Shown here piece by piece: positions 1-10,875 of a DNA stretch of 64,000 nucleotides. The stretch's first letter is position 1. Every line of letters starts with the position of its first letter. Location of the stretch: contig NC_086100.1 of NCBI RefSeq assembly GCF_963921235.1, forward strand, positions 204,416,001 through 204,480,000, given 5' to 3'. The translations under genes and the position numbers were made by a program. This stretch comes from Mobula hypostoma. Lineage: Eukaryota. The notes below the pieces were generated by a model. It was not told the DNA's origin and made no database searches. It was given only the letters and a program-made list of their open reading frames with translations.

Positions 1-1680
1 TCATAATTTTCACTGCACAGACTTCACTTCCCTGACACTCTTGAATATCCGATATACTGCAGACGAATTCCCCTGTGAAGACTGATGCAAACTGCTCATT
101 CAGTTCCAGTGCCATCTCTGCATCTCTCATTACAATACCTCCAGCGTTATTTTGTATTGGTCCTATATCTGCACTTGACTCTCTTTTACCCTTTATATAC
201 TTAAAGAAGCTTTTGGTATCTTCTTTGATATTAGTGGCTGCTTCCTCTCAAAATTTATCTTTTCCTTCTGAATGACCTTCCTAGATTTCTTTTGCAAGTT
301 TTTTAAAAGCTGTCTAATCCTCTATCTTACCGCTAGCTCTGGCTTCCTAGAACTTTTGCTTTTACTTTGGCTCTGACTTCTCATGTCAGCCACGGTAGTG
401 TCCTTCTTCCCCTTGAAAACTCCTTCTTATTTGGAAAAACAAATCTGTCTTGCACTACTCTCATTTTTCGCAAAAACTCCAGTCATTGTTGCAGTGTCCT
501 TCCTGCAAATGTCCCTTTCCAGTCATCTTTGGCCAGTTTCCCTCTCATGCCATTGTAATTTCCTTTATTCCACTGAAATACCGACACATTGGATTTTATT
601 TTTCTCTCTCAAATTTCAATGTGAACTCAGTCATAGTTTGATCACTGTTCACTACGGGTTCCTTAACTTTAAGCTCCCTTATCACCTCTGCATCATTGCA
701 CAACACCTAAATCAGCACAGCCGATCTCCTAGTGGGCTCAACAATGAGCTGTTCGAAAAAGCCATCCTTTGGCCATTCTACAAATTCTGTCTCTTGAGGT
801 CGAGTAGTAACCTGATTTTCCCAATCCACTCTCATGTTAAGTCCCCAACAATTTTTACACGCCTTTTCTATCTCTTGCTAAATTTGCAATCCACATCCCG
901 GCTGCTGTTTGTAGGCCTGTATACAACTGTCATTCGGGTCATTTTACACTTGCCATTTCTTAATTCAACCTATAGAGACTCTACTCCTTCCAATCCTATG
1001 TCATCTCTTTCCAACAATTTAATATTATTTCTTGTACACAGGGCCACTCCACTTCATTTGCCTACTAACCTATCTTTCTGATACACCGTATATCCTTGGA
1101 CGTTCAGCTCCCAATGGCAGCCATCCTTTAGCCAAGTTTCAGAGATGGCCACAGCTTCATATTTGCCAATCTGTAGCTGAATTTCAAGATCATCTATTTT
1201 ATTCCTTATGCTGGGTGCATTCAAATACAACACTCTCAGTCCAGTATTTGTTGCATTCTGTTTTAATTGCATCACGACTCTATTGCCCTGTAACTCATGC
1301 CACTGGCTTTGATTAAACTTTGTCTCCTGCTTGTTCTTTCTGTGATCTCTGTTGCATGCTATCTTTGATTGATTTCTGTTTTCCCCTTCCTCAGCCCAAT
1401 CACTCTGGTTCCCATCCCCGTGCCAAATTCGTTTAAACCTTCACTAACAGCTTTATTAAATGTGCCTGCGAGGATATGGGACACGTTTGGGTTCAGGTAT
1501 AACCCGTCCTTTTTGTACCGGTCATACCTCCCCTTGAAGAGGCCCCGATAATCCAGGAATCTGAACCCCCGCCCCCTACACAAGTCTCTCAGCCACACAT
1601 TAATACGGCTGATCATGCTATTCCTTCATCACTAGCACGTGGCGCAGGCAGCAATCCTGAGATTACTACCCCAGAGGTCC
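1..1680 (-). mobile_element. Degenerate CR1 LINE fragment (ORF1 esterase C-terminus, APE endonuclease, linker)
   Basis: ORF 1359-1616 (NVWLRDLCRGRGFRFLD..KDGLYLN, SGNH-like) and ORF 1054-1275 (YLNAPSIRNK..AISETWL, APE endonuclease); many stops and frameshifts. Confidence 0.9.
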
Positions 1681-2662
1681 ACAGGGGTCTGTGTTGGCAA
1701 CATTTCTGTTTACGTTCTATGTCAGTGCATCGGATGACAGTATCGATGGCCCTGTGGCCAAATTTACGCCATGAAGTGGAATTTTGAAAGGCCTGGATAG
1801 AGAGGTCGTGGAGGTCTATAGCATCTGGTTATCACAATGCTATAAATTACAAAGTAAATATACAAACGATTGGCTTACTCCGCGGCTTGAGATTCTAAAT
1901 TGGAGAAGGGCACTTTATTCACAAAATCCTCACAGCCCACAGTGACTGTGCACTGATCCCAGCAATGGAACCCGCCACTGCAGTCCCACAGTGCACTATG
2001 AACTGATGGGAAAGCTACAAAATTGCATGTGAATAGCCTCTCCTCTCCCAACTCCACTCTTTCTGCATCACCAGCAGACTGGGACATCTCACATCTCGCT
2101 GCCTCCCCCAGGCCATTAAACTGAACAACTGTGGTCAGGGACTGATCTCTGGGTTACTCCAAACGCTACCTCCTTCCCGTCTGAAACAACCCATTCATTC
2201 AGCCACACACTACCGGCACTTTATCGATCTCCAACGAAAAAGCCTAATAACCTACTCCTGACGTTCAATACCATTGCTGACCCTGAGTTTACCACCGTCA
2301 AATGTCAGGAGGGACATAATAATCAGAAAGTCTCTAGTCGCAGCTGTGCAAATAAAATGTGATCTTAGTGGGTGTGTGGCGCATGTTCAGAATGCGAAGG
2401 AGACAGACAAACAAACTGAGCCAAGTCACAGACTGATGAAGGGCGGGTATGATCCATTTTGATACAGAGAGGAAAGCAGAGAGTTTGATATTGTGCCTGA
2501 TGCCAGAACTATAGCCAGTTGGAAGATGAAATCTTGTTGCTACAAATTGTTTTGAGCTGTGACAGTGTTTTTATCAGAAGGCACCATGGAGACTAAATTA
2601 TCTGAGTTGAAATGTTGTCCTTCACCCACTGACGTGCTTGTAATCCTTTAACGGTGTAGAAG

Positions 2663-2793
2663 TGCTGGGACCCCAGTTGTTTACAATATATATTAATGAC
2701 TTGGATGAGGGAATTAAATGCAGCATCTCCAAGTTTGTGGATGACACGAAGCTGGGTGGCAGTGTTAGCAGTGAGGAGGATGCTAAGAGGATG
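2663..2793 (+). mobile_element. CR1-A, left part of a 5'-truncated + copy (RT motif region)
   Basis: Encodes VLGPQLFTIYINDLDEG..SKF.DDTKL and continues seamlessly at 5407 (aagaggatg|cagggtgac); AAG at 2660-2662 and 6276-6278 is a possible TSD. Confidence 0.9.
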
Positions 2794-2794
2794 G

Positions 2795-3159
2795 ATAGAA
2801 ACATAGAAACATAGAAAATAGGTGCAGGAGTAGGCCATTCGGCCCTTCGAGCCTGCACCGCCATTTATTATGATCATGGCTGATCATCCAACTCAGAACC
2901 CAGCCTTCCCTCCATACCCCCTGACCCCTGTAGCCACAAGGGCCATATCTAACTCCCTCTTAAACATAGCCAATGAACTGGCCTCAACAGTTTGCTGTGG
3001 CAGAGAATTCCACAGATTCACCACCCTCTGTGTGAAGAAGTTTTTCCTAATCTCGGTCCTAAAAGGCTTCCCCTCTATCCTCAAACTGTGACCCCTCGTT
3101 CTGGACCTCCCCAACATCGGGAACAATCTTCCCGCATCTAGCCTGTCCAATCCCTTTAG
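2795..3159 (-). mobile_element. CR1-A short 3' fragment
   Basis: (catagaaa)n tail at 2795, 3'UTR and ORF2 C-terminus (LKGLDRLDAGRLFP..GKAGF). Confidence 0.95.
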
Positions 3160-5406
3160 AAACATAGAAACATAGAAAATAGGTGCAGGAGTAGGCCATT
3201 CGGCCCTTCGAGCCTGCACCGCCATTTATTATGATCATGGCTGATCATCCAACTCAGAACCCAGCCTTCCCTCCATACCCCCGACCCCTGTAGCCACAAG
3301 GGCCATATCTAACTTCCTTTTAAACATAGCTAATGAACTGGCCTCAACAGTTTGCTGTGGCAGAGAATTCCACAGATTCACCACTCTCTGTGTGAAGAAG
3401 TTTTTCCTAACCTCGGTCCTAAAAGGCTTCCCCTCTATCCTCAAACTGTGACCCCTCGTTCTAGACCTCCCCAACATCGGGAACAATCTTCCCGCATCTA
3501 GCCTGTCCAATCCCTTTAGGATCTTATACGTTTCAATCAGATCCCCCCTCAATCTTCTAAATTCCAACGAGTACAAGCCCAGTTCATCCAGTCTTTCTTC
3601 ATATGAAAGACCTGCCATCCCAGGAATCAATCTGGTGAACCTTCTTTGTACTCCCTCTACGGCAAGGATGTCTTTCCTCAGATTAGGGGACCAAAACTGC
3701 ACACAATACTCCAGGTGTGGTCTCACCAAGGCCTTGTACAACTTCAGTAGTACCTCCCTGCTCCTGTACTCGAATCCTCTCGCTATAAATGCCAGCATAC
3801 CGTTCGCCTTTTTCACCGCCTGCTGTACCTGCATGCCCACTTTCAATGACTGGTGTATAATGACACCCAGGTCCCGTTGCACCTCCCCTTTTCCTAATCG
3901 GCCACCATTCAGATAATAATCTGTTTTCCTATTTTTGCCACCAAAGTGGATAACTTCACATTTATCCACATTAAATTGCATCTGCCATGAGTTTGCCCAC
4001 TCACCCAACCTATCCAAGTCACCCTGCATCCTCTTAGCATCCTCCTCACTGCTAACACTGCCACCCAGCTTCGTGTCATCCGCAAACTTGGAGATGCTGC
4101 ATTTAATTCCCTCATCCAAGTCATTAATATATATTGTAAACAACTGGGGTCCCAGCACTGAGCCTTGCGGTACCCCACTAGTCACCGCCTGCCATTCTGA
4201 AAAGGTCCCGTTTATTCCCACTCTTTGCTTCCTGTCTGCTAACCAATTCTCCACCCACACCAATACCTTACCCCCAATACCGTGTGCTTTAAGTTTGCAC
4301 ACTAATCTCCTGTGTGGGACCTTGTCAAAAGCCTTTTGAAAATCCAAATATACCACATCCACTGGTTCTCCCCTATCCACTCTACTAGTTACATCCTCAA
4401 AAAATTCTATGAGATTCGTCAGACATGATTTTCCTTTCACAAATCCATGCTGACTTTGTCCGATCATTTCACCGCTTTCCAAATGTGCTGTTATCACATC
4501 CTTGATAACTGACTCCAGCAGTTTCCCCACCACCGACGTTAGGCTAACCAGCCTATAATTCCCCGGTTTCTCTCTCCCTCCTTTTTTAAAAAGTGGGGTT
4601 ACATTAGCCACCCTCCAATCCTCAGGAACTAGTCCAGAATCTAACGAGTTTTGAAAAATTATCACTAATGCATCCACTATTTCTTGGGCTACTTCCTTAA
4701 GCACTCTGGGATGCAGACCATCTGGCCCTGGGGATTTATCTGCCTTCAATCCCTTCAATTTACCTAACACCACTTCCCTACTAACATGTATTTCACTCAG
4801 TTCCTCCATCTCACTGGACCCTCTGTCCCTTACTATTTCTGGAAGATTATTTATGTCCTCCTTAGTGAAGACAGAACCAAAGTAATTATTCAATTGGTCT
4901 GCCATGTCCTTGCTCCCCATAATCAATTCACCCGTTTCTGTCTGCAGGGGACCTACATTTGTCTTTATCAGTCTTTTCCTTTTTACATATCTATAAAAGC
5001 TTTTACAGTCCATTTTTATGTTCTCTGCCAGTTTTCTCTCATAATCTTTTTTCCCCTTCCTAATTAAGCCCTTTGTCCTCCTCTGCTGAACTCTGAATTT
5101 CTCCCAGTCCTCAGGTGAGCCACTTTCTCTGGCTAATTTGTATGCTACTTCTTTGAAATTGATACTATCCCTAATTTCTCTTGTCAGCCACGGGTGCACT
5201 ATCTTCCTTGATTTATTCTTTTGCCAAACTGGGATGAACAATTGTTGTAGTTCATCCATGCAACCTTTAAATGCTAGCCATTGCATATCCACCGTCAATC
5301 CTTTAAGTGTCATTTGCCAGTCTATCTTAGCTAATTCACGTCTCATACCTTCAAAGTTAACCCTCTTTAAGTTCAGAACCTTTGTTTCTGAATTAACTAT
5401 GTCACT
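3157..5406 (-). mobile_element. CR1-A 5'-truncated copy with an uninterrupted RT domain
   Basis: ORF 3235-5499 contains [28 protein letters not shown] and FADD; tail at 3157. Confidence 0.97.
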
Positions 5407-6275
5407 GCAGGGTGACTTGGATAGGTTGGGTGAGTGGGCAAACTCATGGCAGATGCAATTTAATGTGGATAAATGTGAAGTTATCCACTTTGGTGGCAAA
5501 AATAGGAAAACAGATTATTATCTGAATGGTGGCCGATTAGGAAAAGGGGAGGTGCAACGAGACCTGGGTGTCATTATACACCAGTCATTGAAAGTGGGCA
5601 TGCAGGTACAGCAGGCGGTGAAAAAGGCGAATGGTATGCTGGCATTTATAGCAAGAGGATTCGAGTACAGGAGCAGGGAGGTACTACTGCAGTTGTACAA
5701 GGCCTTGGTGAGACCACACCTGGAGTATTGTGTGCAGTTTTGGTCTCCTAATCTGAGGAAAGACATCTTTGCCATAGAGGGAGTACAAAGAAGGTTCACC
5801 AGATTGATTCCTGGGATGGCAGGTCTTTCATATGAAGAAAGACTGGATGAACTGGGCTTGTACTCGTTGGAATTTAGAAGATTGAGGGGGGATCTGATTG
5901 AAACGTATAAGATCCTAAAGGGATTGGACAGGCTAGATGCGGGAAGATTGTTCCCGATGTTGGGGAGGTCCAGAACGAGGGGTCACAGTTTGAGGATAGA
6001 GGGGAAGCCTTTTAGGACCAAGATTAGGAAAAACTTCTTCACACAGAGAGTGGTGAATCTGTGGAATTCTCTGCCACAGCAAACTGTTGAGGCCAGTTCA
6101 TTGGCTATGTTTAAGAGGGAGTTAGATATGGCCCTTGTGGCTACAGGGGTCAGGGGGTATGGAGGGAAGGCTGGGTTCTGAGTTGGAGGATCAGCCATGA
6201 TCATAATAAATGGCGGTGCAGGCTCGAAGGGCCGAATGGCCTACTCCTGCACCTATTTTCTATGTTTCTATGTTT
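5407..6275 (+). mobile_element. CR1-A, right part (3' end) of the + copy begun at 2663
   Basis: RT C-terminus in ORF 5138-6181, 3'UTR and tttctatg tail ending at 6275. Confidence 0.97.
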
Positions 6276-7171
6276 AAGATGCAAAGGATTTGAGTATGGT
6301 GCTCTCAAACACAACAGCACGTTAGTTCCGCTGTATCTGTCAGTTCACCAGCGCTTGAATGCCGCCGATCCTTGAATGTGGAGGCGGGGATGCTGGAGAG
6401 GACAGCGCCCCACTCGCTACAAGGAGAGCCCAATCACGTCTCCATGTCTGTGATCTGACTGGATACATTGCCGTGTTGTTGATAGCAGTGAGATATCATT
6501 CACTGGCTCTCATTTTGGAAGGGATTCAGTCGGCCATCGCAGATACACCAATAGCTTCGCACTGGGAAGCTGCCATTCACCTGCTCTGTGTGTGTGAACA
6601 GACTCATTCAATTAACCCACCTTGTGATGCTCCAGTGAGTTCACAATAAATAGGGGCCACTTTTCTGTCCGGAGTGAGCAAAGAGTTTTACTCAATCATC
6701 CCAGCTGCTGCAACACCAGCAACTTCACATCAGGGAGGAAGTTCAAATCAGCTCTGGTTTAAATGCTTAACCATCACAGTGACTGAAAGCAGCTGCAGGT
6801 TCATGGGGGACTATTACTGACAGAATCTGCAGTTCTTGCAGCTGCTCATCACACCCAGGACTGAACCCTGGTCACTGAGCATCAGAGGAGTCTGTTCTGC
6901 TATGTTAGCCTTAAACTGGACTGGTGTTTTATATTGTGGTTCTGTGAAAGATAAATCATACTGCATCAAATCCCATATCTCAGGTACTTTTTGTCTCTAC
7001 CACACTCACAATGTACACTAGAGAGGCCACTCGGCCCATCTGGTCCCTGCCCATGTTTCTGATCCATATCAGTGTATCAAAATCTATCCCTGCCGTTCTC
7101 CTCTCACTCTCCCTGTGATGACAGGTTGGAACTAGTCACCACCCCGTCGGAGAAGAGATTTCCCTTGAATT

Positions 7172-8548
7172 TCATAGAATCATATAAATCTACGACACAT
7201 TCAGGCCCTTCGGCCCACAATGTTGTGCCAACCATGTAACCTACACTAGAAACTGTCTAGAATTACCCTACCGTATAGCCCTCTATTTCTCAAGGCTCCA
7301 TGTAACAATCTTTTTCTTTTTAAATCTTTTTATTGAGTAAGTATACAAAAAAGGTAAGCCATATAAACATTAATACAATGTTAAAGTATAATAAAATTCC
7401 AAAAGATAACAATACCAAAAAGAAAATACTACAAACAATGTAATTTAAGCATAAGAAACCAAGATAACATAATAGTATACTAAATTTTATATATATCAAT
7501 GGAAAAAAAAGAAAAAAAAACCCAAAAAAAAAACCCACCGTGCAGCTAACTAAAAGCAAGGCAAAGCAATGGGCTAACTTGAAACCAAACAGAGTTAAAC
7601 TTAAAATCACGTCCTCAATCCCGACCTCCATTAAAAACAGTGAAAAAAAAACAAGAAGGGTAAATATTACATTAAATGAAAATATCGAATAAAAGGTCCC
7701 CAAATCTGTTCAAATTTAAATGAAGAATCATAAAGGTTACTTCTAATTTTCTCCAAATTCAAACATAAAATTGTCTGAGAAAACCAAAAAAAGGTAGTTG
7801 GAGCAAAGCTCTTTCCAATGTTGTAAAATACATCTTTTCGCCATTAAAGTAAGAAATGCAATCATTCTACGGGCTGAAGGGGAAAGATTACTAGAAATTT
7901 TAGGTAGTCCAAAGATAGCAGTAATAGGGTGAGGAGAGATATCTATATTTAATACCTTAGAAATAATATTGAAAATATCTCTCCAAAAAGTTTCCAAAGT
8001 AGGGCAAGACCAAAACATATGAGTTAAAGAGGCTATCTGCCCTGAACATCTATCACAGAAAGGATTAATATGCGAGTAAAAACGCGCTAACTTATCTTTG
8101 GACATATGTGCTCTATGAACCACTTTAAATTGAATTAGGGAATGTTTAGCACAAATAGAGGAAGTATTAACTAATTGTAAAATCTGCCCCCAATCATCCA
8201 CAGAAATGGTAAGCCCCAATTCCTGTTCCCAATCTACCCTAATCTTATCAAATGGAGCTTTCCTAAGTTTCATAATAATATTATAAATCATAGCCGATGC
8301 ACCTTTCTGACATGGATTAAGGTTAATTATCGAAACAATCTAAGAATCTCTTAAAATACCTCAACCACCGTCACCGGCAGTGCATTCCTCACACCCACCA
8401 CTCTTTGTGTAAAAAACTTACCTCTGACATCTCCCTTGCAACTACATCCAAGCACCTTAAAACCATGCCCCTCGTGTTAGCCATTTCCGTCCTGGGTAAA
8501 AGCCTCTGGCTATCCACATGATCAATGTCTCTCATCATCTTATACATC
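7172..8548 (-). mobile_element. Older CR1 3' fragment split by the L1 insertion
   Basis: CR1-type 3' end at 7172-7311, resuming at 8334-8548. Confidence 0.75.
7312..8333 (-). mobile_element. L1/Tx1-clade LINE 3' end with TSD
   Basis: ORF 7743-8291 has the CCHC knuckle CDRC..LTHMFWSC; AATAAA plus A-rich tail on - strand; TSD AACAATCT at 7304-7311 and 8334-8341. Confidence 0.9.
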
Positions 8549-8639
8549 TGATGAATTTCCTGCATGATTTTCTCTAGACTGAATAAGACAATGAGCTCAT
8601 TGTGGTTTTGATGTTCCCCAGGGCTCTGGAGTAAGGTGA

Positions 8640-8738
8640 TTAAACTCCTTCTTCAATGTTTTGAGTCATTTTAACTAATGTTCAATGTTCAATGTTCAAT
8701 TAAACTCTTTTCAATGTTTTGGGTCATTTTAACTAATT
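8640..8738. repeat. Local ~40-bp tandem duplication with an (aatgttc)n spacer
   Basis: ttaaactc..ttcaatgttttg.gtcattttaactaat occurs twice. Confidence 0.8.
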
Positions 8739-8999
8739 TTAAAGGACTGTGCCTCAGACAAATGGGTTGTTGCAATGCACCTCCAAAGTCTGACAGCAGA
8801 CTAGCGAGTGAATCTTCGATGGAGCAGAGTTAGAAACCAGAGTTGCCAGCCTGAGTCAGGGTTTGGGGGCTCCAGAAAGAGATGGGGCCTAGAGTTTACA
8901 AGGAGCAGGAAGAGGAATCAGACCAGCAGGATGTGGCTACGAATGAAAGATCAGAAACATTTGGAAACTGATTGATCCAAAAAAAAGGTGGTTAATTTC

Positions 9000-9192
9000 T
9001 GCAAAATGCTGGTGGAAATCAACAGACCAGGCAGCAAATGTGAAGAGGAATAAATAGACGTTTAAGCCGAGCCACTTCAGCATGCCTAGTCTGTGTACTG
9101 CTCTGCTTAATTGCTGGCTGAACTGCAGAATTCCTCCTGCATTTTGTGTGTGTGCGTCTCTGTATCTCGAGCAACTGCAGAATCTCTTGTTT
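9000..9192. mobile_element. Degenerate inverted pair of Penelope terminal-repeat fragments
   Basis: caaaatgctggtggaaatcaac..gacgttttaagccgag (- arm with decayed hammerhead), then ..ttcctcctgcattttgtgtgtgt..ctgcagaatctcttg (+ arm); similar to 21858-21985. Confidence 0.7.
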
Positions 9193-9339
9193 TACACCTG
9201 CATTTGTAAGGTTCTACTTTGGCACTAGACCCGCTGAAAGTTTGCTGATATTAAGTGTATTGTTTATGGGAGCTGCTTTCTGCGTTAAAAGAGCTGCTAA
9301 GTTTTCTACACACAAAAAAAAACTGAGGTATGGACACGG

Positions 9340-9520
9340 AACCGGTGCTTGCGGAAACTTTTCGTGGCACCATCATTACCCAGAGAGTTCAGTGTACTAA
9401 TATTGGCAGTCACTGAAGCTCCGGTCAAATGCGCATGCGTCAGGGTTGCGGCTTGTCCCGAATATCGCGCATGCGCGCAGTACACAAAAAAGGCCTTAGG
9501 AGGATCGATTGAAGGTAAGA
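9340..9520 (+). promoter_or_regulatory. Candidate CpG-rich promoter and first-exon donor
   Basis: NRF1-type motifs TGCGCATGCGT (9430-9440) and palindrome CGCGCATGCGCG (9466-9477); ETS-like ccgga motifs; strong donor AG|GTAAGA at 9514/9515. Confidence 0.6.
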
Positions 9521-9799
9521 GTAATTTTCCGGGTGGGGGTTTCCAACATGGATTGGGGATGAATTGCTGTGAGCTCCGGACACCGTGACCCGCAATCCCG
9601 GAACAGTCCTGTTCTCTTGCCTCTCTCTCAGCCCCGGGGAGCTTCCGGCTGATGAGGGAATGGGAACCGATGGATCTCTCAGACAGAGCTGAGCTCCAGC
9701 TGTCTAAATGCAAGGATTGGGAACTCGGAGAAAGGGAACAAAATCTTTTACATCAGCAGTTGAGAAAATCACCTTTGTTCCACCTGCAGTCACAAATAA

Positions 9800-9929
9800 G
9801 GGAAAATCTGCAGATACTGGAAATCCAAGCAACGCACACAAAATGCCGGAGGAACTCGGCATTAGTGCTCGTTCCCATAGATGCTGCCTGGCCTGCTGAG
9901 TTCCTTCGGCATTTTGTGTGTGTTGCTTG
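9800..9929. mobile_element. Inverted (hairpin-forming) pair of Penelope terminal-repeat fragments
   Basis: caagcaacgcacacaaaatgccggaggaactc is the near-revcomp of gagttccttcggcattttgtgtgtgttgcttg. Confidence 0.8.
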
Positions 9930-10436
9930 TTCTACCTCCTCTTGTTCTGGACCTTTCTACCCGTGAGAACATGTTTTGACCCATTCTCTCTGGGTACATA
10001 ATGATATCAAACACCTTTGCCCTGGCCAACAAGTAACTTTCACATCACAAATGTGCCAGATTCCAGTGAGACAGACTACTGCCCTTCCCTTCATATTCAT
10101 TGGCATTGCCATCAATGAATTCACCACCGTCAGTCACCTGGGGGAGGGTTCAGGGGAAATGTTTATGTACAATACAGAAACTGGTGTCACCTGTGTGTGT
10201 TCTGGTGATGCAAAAGTTGCTGCAGAATTTACAAGTGGGAAGAAGTGGAGTGATGTTTGGAAATCTGACTTTAAAGTGTCGTTCAGCAAGCAAATCACAT
10301 GTGGACAGTGTGCAAAAGCTGGAGTGAGAAAATCCTTTATAACCGTCTTCGGGCCTGCTACATAGGTTGTCTGAGAGTGCAGATGAAATTGATCAAACCC
10401 AGAGGATATCAAGGTTCTTATTGACAGTGATTTGTG

Positions 10437-10640
10437 TGGGCACGTGGCCAACTGGCTAAGGCATTGGACTAGCGACCTGAAGGTCGTGAGTTCCAGCCCC
10501 AGCCGAGGCAACGTGTTGTGTCCTTGAGCAAGGCACTTAATCACACATTGCTCTGTGAACGACACTGGGGCTGGTCTTCCATACAAGAGTGAAGACTTCC
10601 CAGTCGCAGATCCATGGTCTCACAAGACTAACGGATGCTA
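10437..10640 (+). mobile_element. tRNA-derived CORE-type SINE
   Basis: A box tggccaactgg, B box gagttccagccc, CORE-like tgtgtccttgagcaaggcacttaa. Confidence 0.75.
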
Positions 10641-10875
10641 GCTGTTTAATACCTCTTTATTTAAAATTCAGTGTGCACATGTTGTCACTGGGTAAAACCT
10701 GCACAGCACAGCACACCGCTTATTACAAATTAGAGGGGACATTGGTGGGAAGGTGGGGAGACTTCCAGTGTCCTTGACGTCCTCACCGACAGGATAAGCA
10801 TCCACCTGCACGTTACAGAGTTGGAGCTGGAAATGGATGAATTCCAGATCATCTGGGAATCGAAGAAGGTGATAG

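Larger units (their letters stand above)
2330..6960 (+). pseudogene. Heavily decayed C2H2 zinc-finger paralogue, interrupted by a CR1 composite at 2663-6275
   Basis: 2400-2660 matches the sequence upstream of the other two ZNF exons (caaactgagccaagtcacaga; gaaatgttgtcc..gtaatcctttaacgg). 6276-6320 matches their exon start. 6640-6735 is a relic finger (FCPE*AKSFTQSSQLLQHQQLH). 6820-6960 matches the 3'UTR of the - strand ZNF (revcomp of 46310-46440). Confidence 0.75.

Noticed and set aside
1875..2087. 70-aa - strand ORF ending at a donor-like GTAAG
   Set aside because: No recognisable domain or partner exon; cannot be supported from sequence alone
3635..4339. Recurrent antisense ORFs (MNLLCTP.., MPPKWITS.., MIMADHP..) seen many times in the track
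   Set aside because: Shadow frames of near-identical CR1-A copies; recurrence reflects copy number
10437..10510. tRNA gene
   Set aside because: A/B boxes continue into a CORE-like SINE body; no complete cloverleaf
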